Assembly (NCBI GenBank): GCA_963716255.1
Contig: OY970303.1
Location: 7,648,001-7,712,000, forward strand
Direction: 5' to 3'
Origin: an uncultured Gemmatimonadales bacterium
GTDB lineage: Bacteria > Gemmatimonadota > Gemmatimonadetes > Longimicrobiales > Longimicrobiaceae
DNA length: 64,000 nt
In this document: positions 10,901 to 18,665 of the stretch, in pieces
Layout of the letters: each line of letters starts with the position of its first letter
Position numbering within the stretch: position 1 is the stretch's first letter
The notes under the pieces: model-generated
What the model was told of the DNA's origin: nothing
Database searches by the model: none
Seen by the model: the letters and a program-made list of their open reading frames with translations, nothing else
Made by a program: the position numbers and the translations under genes

Positions 10901-12939
10901 ACCGCTTCGTCACCCTCCTGCGCGGGATCTCCGAGCACCCGGACCGGCGGCTCTCGGAGCTTCCGCTGGTCACCCCGGAGGAGCGGGTCCGGGTCCTGTA
11001 CGGCTGGAACGGGTCCGGGCGGGTGGAGCCGGACGGAGCCCCGGTGCACGAGCGGTTCGGCGCGCAGGCGGAGCGCACCCCGCACGCCGTCGCGCTCGTC
11101 TGCGGAGGGCGGACGATGACCTACGCCGAGCTGCGACACCGCAGCGATGCCCTGGCGAGGTACCTGCGCGCCCGCGGCGTGGGACCGGAGGTCCGGGTGG
11201 GGGTGTGCGTGGAGCGGAGCCCGGAAACGGTCGTGGCGCTCCTGGGCATCCTCGGGGCAGGGGGGGCCTACGTCCCTTTCGACACCGCCCACCCGCGCGA
11301 CCGCCTGGGGTACCTGGTGGAGGATTCCGGGATCGCCCTCCTCCTCACCCAGGAGCGCCTGTTCGCCGGCCTCCCGGGGTCGGCCACCGCGGACGTGGTG
11401 TTCCTCGACGCCGACTGGGCGCGGATCGAGGCGGAGCCCGCGGACGTGCCCGGAGTGGCGGTCCTCCCCGGGAACGCGGCGTACGTGATCTACACCTCGG
11501 GCTCGACCGGGAAGCCCAAGGGGGTGGTGGTCCCCCACTCCGCACTCTCCGGGTACACCGCCGTGGCGCGCGATGCGTACGGGATCGGTCCGCACGACCG
11601 GGTGCTCCAGTTCGCCTCCGTGGCGTTCGACGCGAGCGCCGAGGAGATCTGGCCCGCCCTGGCCTCGGGGGCCCGGCTGGTCCTTCGCACGGACGAGATG
11701 CTCGACTCGGCGGCGGCCTTCCTGGACGCCTGCCGGGAGTGGGGGATCACCGTCCTCGACCTCCCCACAGCCTACTGGCACGAGCTGGTCGCGGAGCTGT
11801 CCGAGTGCGCGCCCGGGGACCGGCCGCCGCTCCCGGAGTCGCTGCGCCTGGCGATCATCGGCGGGGAGCGGGCGCTCCCGGAGCGGCTGCGCGCCTGGCG
11901 CGACTGCTCCGGCGAGAGGATCCGCCTGGTCAACACCTACGGTCCCACGGAGGCGACCGTGGTCGCGACGCTCTGCGACGTTTCCTCCACGGCGGGGGAG
12001 GACGAGGCTTCGCCGCGCCACGTGCCGATCGGCCGGCCGCTCCCGGGCGTCCGTGCCTACGTGCTGGACCCGCGGGGCGAGCCCACGGGAATCGGGATCC
12101 CCGGGGAGCTGTACATCGGAGGAAGCGGGGTGGCGAGAGGGTACCTGGACCGCCCGGGCCTGACGGCGGAGCGTTTCCTCCCGGAGCCCTTCGGGGCGGA
12201 GCCGGGCGCGCGGGCCTACCGTACGGGGGATCGGGTCCGCTGGCTCCCGGACGGGACGCTGGAGTTCATGGGGCGGGTGGACCACCAGGTGAAGATCCGG
12301 GGCTTCCGGGTGGAGCTGGGGGAGGTCGAGGCTGCGCTGAACCGGTGCCCGGGGGTGGAGGAGGCGGTGGTCGTCACCCGGGAGGAGGCTCGCGGAGAGA
12401 CGCGCCTGGTCGCCTACGTGGTCCCCGCAGCGGCCGGCGAGGTGGCGGCGGCGGAGCTGCGGAGCGCGCTCCGGGAGGAGCTCCCGGGGTACATGCTTCC
12501 CGCCGCCTTCGTCCCCATGGAGGCGCTCCCCCTGACCCGGAACGGAAAGGTGGATCGCCGCGCCCTGCCCGCTCCCGAAGCGCGGCGCAGCGAAGGCGGT
12601 CCCCGGGGCGCGCTCCCCCGCAACGACGTGGAGGGGACCATCGCGGCGGCGTGGCGGGACGTGCTGGGGGTGGAGGAGGTGGGGCTGGACGACAACTTCT
12701 TCGACCTGGGCGGTCACTCGCTCCTCCTGGTGCGGCTGCGCAGCCGGCTCGCGGGGCGGTTTTCCAGGGAAGCATCGGTGGTGGTCCTGTTCCGCTACCC
12801 GACGGTCCGCTCGCTGGCGGGATACCTCGCGCAGGGCGGGCCCGAGACCGCGACCCCCGAGTGGAGCGCGGCCGAAGTGGAGAGCCGCCGCCAGGCCATG
12901 CGCAGGCGGCGGGACCTGCGAAAGCTCCCGGAGGGGTGA
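4924..12939 (+). CDS. NRPS-2: C-A-T-E-C-A(Lys/basic)-T
   Basis: ATG at 4924 overlaps the NRPS-1 stop (ATGA). C PLSFAQQRLWF/HHVVTDG; A1 code DIFHFGLVVK (unassigned); T GGDSI; E HHLVTDGVSW; C HHIVTDG; A2 code DAEDIGTVVK (Lys-like); T GGHSL; Arg-rich tail. Confidence 0.95.
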   Translation: MNDATASLDPAAERRRLLAEILRKRAREVRTFPLSFAQQRLWFLDRMDPGSSAYTVPVPLHLRGALRPDLLERALTEVVRRHGSLRTTFTTLGTEPVQVVAPPPAALALPLADLASLPAAERGREAGRIAAEEAGRPFDLEAGPLFRARLLRLGAEEHVLVLVMHHVVTDGWSLGVLFRELSALYAASLAGAPPPLPPLPLQYTDFAAWQRGEGSVDAGGDREFWRAALRGAPPLLELPADRPRPPVPTHRGASLPLALDAADAARLREIGRAEGATLFMTLLAAFQLLLSRYAGEEDVVVGTPVAGRTRPELEGLIGLFVNTLAVRTDLAGDPTFRELLGRVRENLLGAYSHQDLPFDRLVEELAPGRSLSHTPVFQVMFAVQGGGSGGMGLDLPGVEAALVETGARTARFDLEVELRDEPGGVRGTLEYAVDLFGRGTAERMAAHFETLLRGIAASPDARVSEIPLLAPEERARVLEEWNATSRPYPAGLALHELFALQAARTPSATAVDAGSESLGYAELDRRSNQLAHWLVRRGVGGEKRVGLCLEPSPLVMVAVLGVLKAGAAYVPLDPSHPRDRLALILGDAAVPLLLTQAHLAAGLPEHAAEAVALDAAWGRIAREPHDAPGVPVAPERLAYVIYTSGSTGRPKGVCVEHRNVANTLLAALDVFGFGPGDRVPALASYAFDIWLFEAVAPLLGGAAVRLLPRERVVNMEALAEELESATVLHAVPVLMRQLAHHLGVHRRRPLPGVRLAFVGGDAVPPDLVEEMRGVFPAAEVRVLYGPTESAVVCASHPVPGRPEREMIGSPLPNARLYVRERGGAPAPTGVPGELLVGGAGVARGYLGRPEPTAERFVPDPYGGESGARLYRTGDRARWLPDGTLEFLGRLDHQVKVRGYRVEPGEVEAALERLPEVREAVVVARADAPGDRRLVAYLVAADGGRVPSPSELREHLKRSLPEQMVPSAFVALEALPLTPTGKVDRRALPAPERSGRGAGYVAPRTPLEELLARVWAGVLGMERVGVEENFFEIGGDSILSIQVVARARQAGVAITPRQVFERQTVAALALAAARGTDAAPAASWPARGEVELAPVQHRFFEEVAGERHHFNMAMLLRPRETLEARALERALAAVLDHHDALRMRFEERDGTWTQRYAGPDGRSPLARLDLSRLREADRRGAAGRAAAALQASLHLARGPLLRAALFERGGGEQRLLLLAHHLVTDGVSWRILLEDVQAACEQAARGATVALPAKTTSYQRWTAKLVEHARRGGFDAELPYWEGRGREPVAPLPVDLPDGRNTRSSVRHVAVSLDEADTRALLFEAPRAYGTQINDLLLAALVRAFARWTGEPRLRVELEGHGREEVFPGVDLSRTVGWLTAVHPLLLDLTGAADGEEALLRVREQLTRLPGRGIGYGALRYLAPPGVRAALAALPAPQVSFNYLGRFDRAVSDDAFFAGVAEPVGPTAGGDGERRHLFEVDGVVEGGRLRVTWSYGEALHRRETVESLAAGFLDELRALAAHCAAAGEPRAAPADPAPGAGEGTAAGLSADELEILALLMAEAGVEASAPETIRPRRPGERVPLTFAQKRLWFLEQLEPENRIYNDVDTLRLTGELDAAAMGRAFEEVVRRHEALRTVFVEEDGEPAQVVRDEFPAALDYLDLSHLPETGRMAEVRRVADETTRASFDLARGPLIRPLLLRLGERDHALLVPVHHIVTDGWSQGIVFRELFTLYDAFRQGRPSPLTPPGLQYGDFAVWQQRYLAAGALERQAAYWKERLRGVPALLELPTDRARPAEQSYRGRAYEFMVSREVSAQLQTLAQERGATLFMVLLAAFSALLARYTGEEDVVVGSPIANRTRPELESLVGLFANTLAFRTDTSGDPTFRELLERVRDEVFEDYAHQDLPFERLVEELRVERSLSYNPVYQVLLTLQNTPRGRLSLGGLEMYPLETTHDTSKLDLSLTAIPLGEGLYAGWEYSTELFDRASVARLTDRFVTLLRGISEHPDRRLSELPLVTPEERVRVLYGWNGSGRVEPDGAPVHERFGAQAERTPHAVALVCGGRTMTYAELRHRSDALARYLRARGVGPEVRVGVCVERSPETVVALLGILGAGGAYVPFDTAHPRDRLGYLVEDSGIALLLTQERLFAGLPGSATADVVFLDADWARIEAEPADVPGVAVLPGNAAYVIYTSGSTGKPKGVVVPHSALSGYTAVARDAYGIGPHDRVLQFASVAFDASAEEIWPALASGARLVLRTDEMLDSAAAFLDACREWGITVLDLPTAYWHELVAELSECAPGDRPPLPESLRLAIIGGERALPERLRAWRDCSGERIRLVNTYGPTEATVVATLCDVSSTAGEDEASPRHVPIGRPLPGVRAYVLDPRGEPTGIGIPGELYIGGSGVARGYLDRPGLTAERFLPEPFGAEPGARAYRTGDRVRWLPDGTLEFMGRVDHQVKIRGFRVELGEVEAALNRCPGVEEAVVVTREEARGETRLVAYVVPAAAGEVAAAELRSALREELPGYMLPAAFVPMEALPLTRNGKVDRRALPAPEARRSEGGPRGALPRNDVEGTIAAAWRDVLGVEEVGLDDNFFDLGGHSLLLVRLRSRLAGRFSREASVVVLFRYPTVRSLAGYLAQGGPETATPEWSAAEVESRRQAMRRRRDLRKLPEG

Positions 12940-13096
12940 CGCGGGCGCGTCGCCGTCGGTTCAGGAGACGAACAGCTCCATCCGCGGGAATCGTGGTCAG
13001 GCGGCGGCACGGGTCTGGCACCGCCGGAGCAGTGGAATCACCCGAGCGAGCCTGTTCCAGGCGGGTCCCGGGACGCACCCGAAAGCTGGAGGGCGC

Positions 13097-13942
13097 ATGA
13101 GCCGAGCCGGAGGGGACGATGGCGGGAGGCGCGAGTTCCGGGTGGGGCTTGCGCGGGCATTCGGGGGAGCGATCCTCTTTTCGCTCCCGCTGATGATGAC
13201 CATGGAGATGTGGCAGCTCGGGTTCTACATGGACCGGACCCGGCTCGTCCTCTTCATGCTCCTGATGGTCCCCATGCTGATCGGGCTGGACCACTACTCC
13301 GGCTTCCGCCGGACCTCCTCCTGGCGCGAGGACGCGGTGGACGGGGTCGTGGCGTACGGCGTGGGGTTCTGCGCCTCGGCGGCGGTGCTCGCGCTGCTGG
13401 CGGTCATCGACACGTCGATGCCGCCGGGCGAGGTCGCGGGGATGGTCGCGCTGCAGGCCATTCCGGCGAGCTTCGGGGCGATACTCGCCAGCAGCCAGCT
13501 CGGGAGCGGCGGGGAGGAAGAACGGAGGGAGCTGGAGCGGAAGCGGCGCGCCGGCTACGGCGCCGAGGTCTTCTTCATGGCGGCGGGGGCCACCTTCCTC
13601 GCATTCAACGTCGCGCCGACGGAGGAGATGATCCTGATCGCCTTCCGCATGACGCCGTGGAGCGCCCTGGCGCTGATGGGCGCCTCGCTCCTGCTGATGC
13701 ACGCCTTCGTCTACGCCGTGGAGTTCCGCGGCACCCGAGCGCCGGCCCACGGCACCCCACCGTGGAGCGTGTTCCTTCGCTTCACGACCGTGGGGTACGC
13801 GGTGGCCCTGCTGGTCAGCGCCTACGTGCTCTGGACCTTCGGGCGGTACGACGAGGGCGCGTACTCGATGTACCTGATGGAGGCGGTTGTGCTCGGCTTC
13901 CCGGCGAGCCTGGGTGCGGCCGCCGCCCGGCTGATCCTGTGA
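13097..13942 (+). CDS. Integral membrane protein, TIGR02587/DUF2391-like
   Basis: Multiple hydrophobic helices; motifs FSLPLMMTMEMW and NVAPTEEM; GGAGG RBS upstream; coupled to the next small gene. Confidence 0.8.
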   Translation: MSRAGGDDGGRREFRVGLARAFGGAILFSLPLMMTMEMWQLGFYMDRTRLVLFMLLMVPMLIGLDHYSGFRRTSSWREDAVDGVVAYGVGFCASAAVLALLAVIDTSMPPGEVAGMVALQAIPASFGAILASSQLGSGGEEERRELERKRRAGYGAEVFFMAAGATFLAFNVAPTEEMILIAFRMTPWSALALMGASLLLMHAFVYAVEFRGTRAPAHGTPPWSVFLRFTTVGYAVALLVSAYVLWTFGRYDEGAYSMYLMEAVVLGFPASLGAAAARLIL

Positions 13943-14340
13943 GCGCGCGCGAGCAGGGGTGGGCGGGTGCCGCCTCGCCGCTGGAATGGGTGGTGGCCGC
14001 GGCGAGCGCCCTGCTGGTGCTGGGCGCGGCCGGCTTCCTCCTCTGGCAGGGGTCCCGGGCGCCCGCCTCGCCGCCGAGGATCACGGTGCAGGTGGACTCG
14101 GTCGTCCGCGCGAGCTCGGGTTGGCTGGTGGAGTTCAGCGCGCGGAACGACGGAACGACGACCGCGGCCAAGCTGGTCGTGGAAGGGGAACTGCGCGGCG
14201 GCGACGGAGAAGCCGAAACGAGCGAGGCGACCCTGGACTACGTCCCCGCCCGGGGGAGCGAGCGCGGCGGGCTCTACTTCACCCGCGATCCCCGGCGCGG
14301 CCGCCTCACGCTGCGTCCCCTGGGATACGAACGTCCGTGA
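13939..14340 (+). CDS. TIGR02588-like membrane-anchored protein
   Basis: GTG overlaps the upstream stop; SPLEWVV plus one TM helix, then NDGTTTAAKLVVEGEL...GGLYFTRDP...LGYERP; usual partner of TIGR02587. Confidence 0.75.
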   Translation: MSAREQGWAGAASPLEWVVAAASALLVLGAAGFLLWQGSRAPASPPRITVQVDSVVRASSGWLVEFSARNDGTTTAAKLVVEGELRGGDGEAETSEATLDYVPARGSERGGLYFTRDPRRGRLTLRPLGYERP

Positions 14341-14610
14341 CCGGCGGCACCCGGTAGCCGTGGCGCCTGCCCCTGTCGCTGAAGCCGTCTACGCCAGCCA
14401 GGGTCTCCTTCAATCCCTGATCCGCGTGACGGCGCTCGGGTACGACCTGTCTCCGGCCTGAAGAGCCAGGAGGAGGCGTTCCGCCACCAGGAGACCCGGG
14501 ACCTCGTGCCGCCACCCATGTTCTGAGCCCTCCGAGAACCCGGGGCGGTCCGGCCGACGGCTTCCTCGCGGGCTCGTGCGATCCTCATCGCACATCCCCC
14601 GGGGTGCTGC

Positions 14611-15687
14611 TCATCGCCCCCCATCCAGCTCGTCCAGCGCGAGTCCCAGCCGGACCAGGCCTTCGGCGAAGATCGCCGGGTCCACGCCGAGTCCGATGCG
14701 GACGTGGGCGGGCAGCTCGAAGAAGCGGCCGGGAACGACGGCGGTGTCGTACCTGTCGCGCAGCAGCGACCACAGGTCGTCCGCGCGGCCGGAGCGGAGG
14801 CGCGGGAAGGCCACGGTGCCGGCGCGGTGCTCCGTCCGGTCGAGGTCGCCGCGCGAGCCGAGAAAGGCGTTCAGCGCGGCGCCGTTCGTCTCCAGCAGCG
14901 CGCGCGAGCGGGCGGCGATCCGGTCGAGGCTGCGGATTGCGGCGATGCCCAGCCGCTCGGCGGCGTGCGCGTTGATGTTGCCGAACAGCGAGTTGAGCCG
15001 CCACAGGCGACCCGTGACCGCCGGCTCGGCGAACACCCACCCGCAGCGCAGGCCGCCCAGGCCGTAGACCTTGGTCAGGCTGCTGGTAACGACGAACTCC
15101 GGGCCCAGGTGGAAGGCGGTGCCTGGAGCGGCCTCGAACCGCGCGTCGAGGTAGACCTCGTCCACCAGCACGCGCGCGCCGACGCCGCGCGCGATCCTGC
15201 CGATGCGGCGCAGCGTGTCGTCGTCCGTGAGCGCGCTCGACGGGTTGTGCAGGTTGGTGAGGACGACCAGGCGCGTGCGCGGGGTGATGCGCCGCGCGAC
15301 CTCGTCCGGATCGACACGGAAGCCGTCCTCGGCGCGGCGGGAAAACCGCACGACGCGCGCGCCCAGGTACTCTGCGACGGCCAGCAGCGGCTCGTACGTC
15401 GGGTGCTCGACCAGCACCTCGGCGCCCCGCTCCAGCAGCGCGGCCATCGCCAGGTGGTTGGCCATCGACGTCCCGGCCGCCGGGAAGACGGACTCCGCCG
15501 GGACGCCGTACCGCCCGCCGACCGCTTCCAGCAGCGGTGGATAGACGTCCGGCCCGTTCAGCTCCAGCTCGTCCGGCGCGACCGGCAGGTCGGCGAGCGG
15601 GAAGTGGGGCGCTCCGCTCGACATCAGGTTGAAGCGCGCCCCGCCCTGCGCCTTCACCCACCCGAGGTATTCCGATCCGCCGTTCAT
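14611..15687 (-). CDS. PLP-dependent aminotransferase class I/II
   Basis: MNGGSEYLGWVK start overlapping the permease stop; motifs TNLHNPSS, VDEVY, SSLTKVYGLGGLRCGW (PLP lysine). Confidence 0.9.
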   Translation of the reverse strand: MNGGSEYLGWVKAQGGARFNLMSSGAPHFPLADLPVAPDELELNGPDVYPPLLEAVGGRYGVPAESVFPAAGTSMANHLAMAALLERGAEVLVEHPTYEPLLAVAEYLGARVVRFSRRAEDGFRVDPDEVARRITPRTRLVVLTNLHNPSSALTDDDTLRRIGRIARGVGARVLVDEVYLDARFEAAPGTAFHLGPEFVVTSSLTKVYGLGGLRCGWVFAEPAVTGRLWRLNSLFGNINAHAAERLGIAAIRSLDRIAARSRALLETNGAALNAFLGSRGDLDRTEHRAGTVAFPRLRSGRADDLWSLLRDRYDTAVVPGRFFELPAHVRIGLGVDPAIFAEGLVRLGLALDELDGGR

Positions 15688-17048
15688 CCCCGCCTCCGCC
15701 ACAGGAGGTAGACGGGAACCCCGGCCAGCATGATGGCGATCCCCACGGCGCTGTCCCCCGGCGCGCGGTACAGGGTGGCGATCACGATCACGGCGCACGC
15801 GGCGGCGAAGAACGCGGTGGTCCACGGGTGGCCGGGGACGCGCGCGCCGCCGTCGTCCACCCCTCCGGCGAGGCGCCGCCGGAAGACGAAGAGCGTCCCC
15901 GCCGTCAGCCCGAAGAAGATGAAGTCGACGGAAACGACGTAGCCCAGGATCTGCTCGTACGTGCCGGAAAGGGCGATGGCGAGCGCCAGCACGCCCTGCA
16001 GCACGATGGCGACCACCGGCGCGCGCGTGCGCGGATCGATCCACGCCACGCGGCGGAAGAAGAGCCCGTCCGCCGCCATGGCGAAGTAGACGCGCGGCGC
16101 CGTGAGCATCCCCTGGCTCAGGAAGCCGAGGGTGGAGATGGCGATCCCCGCGGCGATCAGCGCCGCGCCGCGCTCGCCGAACGCCAGCCGCATCACGCTG
16201 GAAGCGGGCGCCGGGCTCGCCGCCAGCCCCGCCGCGCCGAGCGCGAGGAGGCACGCGACGTTGACGGCCACGTACAGCACGATCACGCCGCCGACGCCGA
16301 CCAGCAGTCCGCGCGGGAGGTCGCGCCGCGGATCGCGCATCTCGGCCGCGACGAACGACGCCGTCTGCCAGCCGCCGTAGGCGAACATCACCGGGGTCAG
16401 CGCCGCGAAGAAGGCGAGGAGCGCCGCGCCGCCCGGCGGCGCCGGCGCGGGCCGGGCGGCGGCGGCCGGCGGGGCGTCGACGAAGAAGAGCCCGGCGGTG
16501 ACGAGCGCGGCGATCGCCAGGATCTTCAGCACCATCAGCCCGCTCTGCACGCTGCTTCCGGCGCGCACGCCCAGGCAGTTGACCAGCACCAGCAGCGCGA
16601 GCGCCGCCGCCGCGACGACCGGCTCGGAGAACGGGAGATGCGCGACCTCGCGCAGGTAGCGCGCGCAGGTGACGGCGACGGCCGCCATCCCGCCCGTCTG
16701 GATCACCAGCAGGAGCGACCAGCCGTAGACGAAGGCGACCGCGGGATGATAGGCGTCGCGCAGGTAGGCGTACTGGCCCCCCACCTGCGGCCGCCGCGCT
16801 GCGAGCTCGGCGTAGACGAACGCGCCCGCCAGCGCCACGGCGCCGCCCGCCAGCCACGCGCCCACGATCAGCAGCGGCGAGGTCACCTGCCGGGCGACCA
16901 CGTGCGGGTTGACGAAGATCCCCGAGCCGATGATCCCGCCCATCACGATCATCGTCGCGTCGAAGCGCCCGAGCCGGCGCGCCAGCCCCGGCGCGCCGTC
17001 CGGAGCCGTTCCAGCCGCCGCGGGCACCGCCTGTCCGGTCGTGCTCAA
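15684..17048 (-). CDS. APC family amino acid permease
   Basis: IVMGGIIGSGIF, YAELAARRPQVGGQYAYL, FAYGGW; many TM segments; TTG start at 17048 with a GGAGA RBS (start inferred). Confidence 0.9.
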   Translation of the reverse strand: MSTTGQAVPAAAGTAPDGAPGLARRLGRFDATMIVMGGIIGSGIFVNPHVVARQVTSPLLIVGAWLAGGAVALAGAFVYAELAARRPQVGGQYAYLRDAYHPAVAFVYGWSLLLVIQTGGMAAVAVTCARYLREVAHLPFSEPVVAAAALALLVLVNCLGVRAGSSVQSGLMVLKILAIAALVTAGLFFVDAPPAAAARPAPAPPGGAALLAFFAALTPVMFAYGGWQTASFVAAEMRDPRRDLPRGLLVGVGGVIVLYVAVNVACLLALGAAGLAASPAPASSVMRLAFGERGAALIAAGIAISTLGFLSQGMLTAPRVYFAMAADGLFFRRVAWIDPRTRAPVVAIVLQGVLALAIALSGTYEQILGYVVSVDFIFFGLTAGTLFVFRRRLAGGVDDGGARVPGHPWTTAFFAAACAVIVIATLYRAPGDSAVGIAIMLAGVPVYLLWRRRG

Positions 17049-17129
17049 TCGCGGTCTCCGGCGAGGATGGGTGAGGAGGAGGGTCGGCGGATTCGAGGGT
17101 TCGGACCCGGTGAGGTTGTCAGGCTGCCA

Positions 17130-17171
17130 GCGAAAGCCCCGGCGCCGCACCGCGGGCACCGGGGCTTTCGC
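17130..17171. terminator. GC-rich hairpin between the TauD gene/repeat A and the permease
   Basis: GCGAAAGCCCCGG...CCGGGGCTTTCGC inverted repeat. Confidence 0.45.
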
Positions 17172-17201
17172 GTGCCGGATCCCGCGGCCCGGTGGGATCC
17201 T

Positions 17202-17344
17202 GCGTGAGGGATTTCGGCCCGTTTGAAGGGGCGCGAGTATCGCCGCGGGCAGTTTCGCGGGGCTCGACTCCGTTAGCCCGCGTTGTTTGCGGGCTTACGG
17301 AGCCGAAGCCCGACCCCGGCGCCCGCCGGGGGCACGCCCGAACC
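17202..17344 (-). repeat. Structured repeat family A, copy 1
   Basis: Reverse complement of GGGCGTG-CCCCGGC..GCCGGGGTCGGGCTTCGGCTCCG-stem-AAACAAC-stem-CGGAGTCGAGCCCC..ATCCCTCACGC shared with five other copies. Confidence 0.9.
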
Positions 17345-17359
17345 CCGCGGTTCCAGGCC

Positions 17360-18388
17360 TCAGCCCTGCCCCCAGCCGGAGTCGTGCGCCTCGGCCATCC
17401 CCACCACCACCCTGCGCTCGCCCGTGAACGGGGAGCGCGCGTGCGCCATGAGCATGTTGTCCAGCAGCAGCACGTCGCCCGTTTCCCAGAGGAAGACCAG
17501 CGCCTCGGCCTCGTACGCGGCGCGGATGGCGGCGAAGTCGTCCGGGTCGATGGGCGAGCCGTCGCCGTAGTAGGTGTTGCGCGGCAGGCTTTCCTCGCCG
17601 AACTCCTCCAGCAGGACCTCCACCACGTCCGGGTCCTGGCTGGACACGTGGAACAGGTGCGCCTGGTTCATCCACACCTTCTCGCCGGTGGCGGGGTGCG
17701 TGGCCACCCCCTGGCACACCTGCCGGGTGCGCAGGTGGTCCTCGTCCACCCACTCCGCCTCGATGCCCGCGGACCGGCAGTACTCGTCCACTTCCTCGGG
17801 CGTCTCGGCCTGGAAGACGTTCTGCCAGGGAAGGTCCATCCACGGCGTGTAGTTGCGCACGTACATCACCCCCAGCCGCTCGAAGCGCTCGCGGATGCCG
17901 GCGGGGATGCGGTCGTACACGCGGCGGCTGTCGGCGATGGGGGTCTCGCCGCCGGTGGCGGCCACGATCAGCGACAGGAAGCCGATCTTCATGGGCCACG
18001 AGCGGGTGTAGGACATCTCCGTGTGGAAGGGGATGTGCTGGTCCGCGGGGTACTCGGTGGAGGTGTAGACGTTGCCCTTGACCTGGGTGCGCGGCGAGGA
18101 GCGGTAGGTGTAGGGAAGGAGCTCGCCGGAGGCCGAGAGCATGAAGCGCTGGAACTCGTCCACGTCGTCCACGCCGAAGCCGCGGAAGAGGATGGCGCCT
18201 GCCGCGTGGAGCGTGTGCTCCACCCAGGGGCGGTTCTCGCCGGCCCAGTCGGCGAGCACCAGCCCGGGCGCGGCGGGGCTCACCACCACCGGGGCGGCGG
18301 GATAGCCGTCCAGGCGGGCCGTCCGCACGCGGTCGTCGGGCGCGGGCGCGCTCCCGGGAAGCTGCACGGACTCGTCGGCAACGCTCAT
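17360..18388 (-). CDS. TauD/TfdA family Fe(II)/2-oxoglutarate dioxygenase (SyrP-like)
   Basis: [24 protein letters not shown] (HxE), [17 protein letters not shown]; divergent from NRPS-3. Confidence 0.9.
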   Translation of the reverse strand: MSVADESVQLPGSAPAPDDRVRTARLDGYPAAPVVVSPAAPGLVLADWAGENRPWVEHTLHAAGAILFRGFGVDDVDEFQRFMLSASGELLPYTYRSSPRTQVKGNVYTSTEYPADQHIPFHTEMSYTRSWPMKIGFLSLIVAATGGETPIADSRRVYDRIPAGIRERFERLGVMYVRNYTPWMDLPWQNVFQAETPEEVDEYCRSAGIEAEWVDEDHLRTRQVCQGVATHPATGEKVWMNQAHLFHVSSQDPDVVEVLLEEFGEESLPRNTYYGDGSPIDPDDFAAIRAAYEAEALVFLWETGDVLLLDNMLMAHARSPFTGERRVVVGMAEAHDSGWGQG

Positions 18389-18665
18389 CGTCTCACTCCA
18401 CGGCGGTTGGGGGGCGGTCCGGGCCGCGCGGGAAGGGGCGGCGGAGGGCCCGGTACCCGGATGGATAAGCCCCCGCATGGATTCAGTCAAGCTCCGGCCG
18501 TCCGCGCCGGGGAGCGGGGCGGACCCGTGCTCCGCGGCACGCCGGGAGCTGGCCCGCCGCCGCCCGGGCCGGCGGTTGAAGTCGCCCGCGGCTGGAGTTA
18601 GTTTGCGTCACGTTTCGCCGTGCGTCGCGGCCCGCCGCGGAGTCCCGAACCAGCAGCCCCGCCGA

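Noticed and set aside
13097..17048. TIGR02587/02588-like pair, aminotransferase and permease as dedicated biosynthetic genes
   Set aside because: These are common families that occur outside biosynthetic clusters. Only proximity links them to the NRPS.
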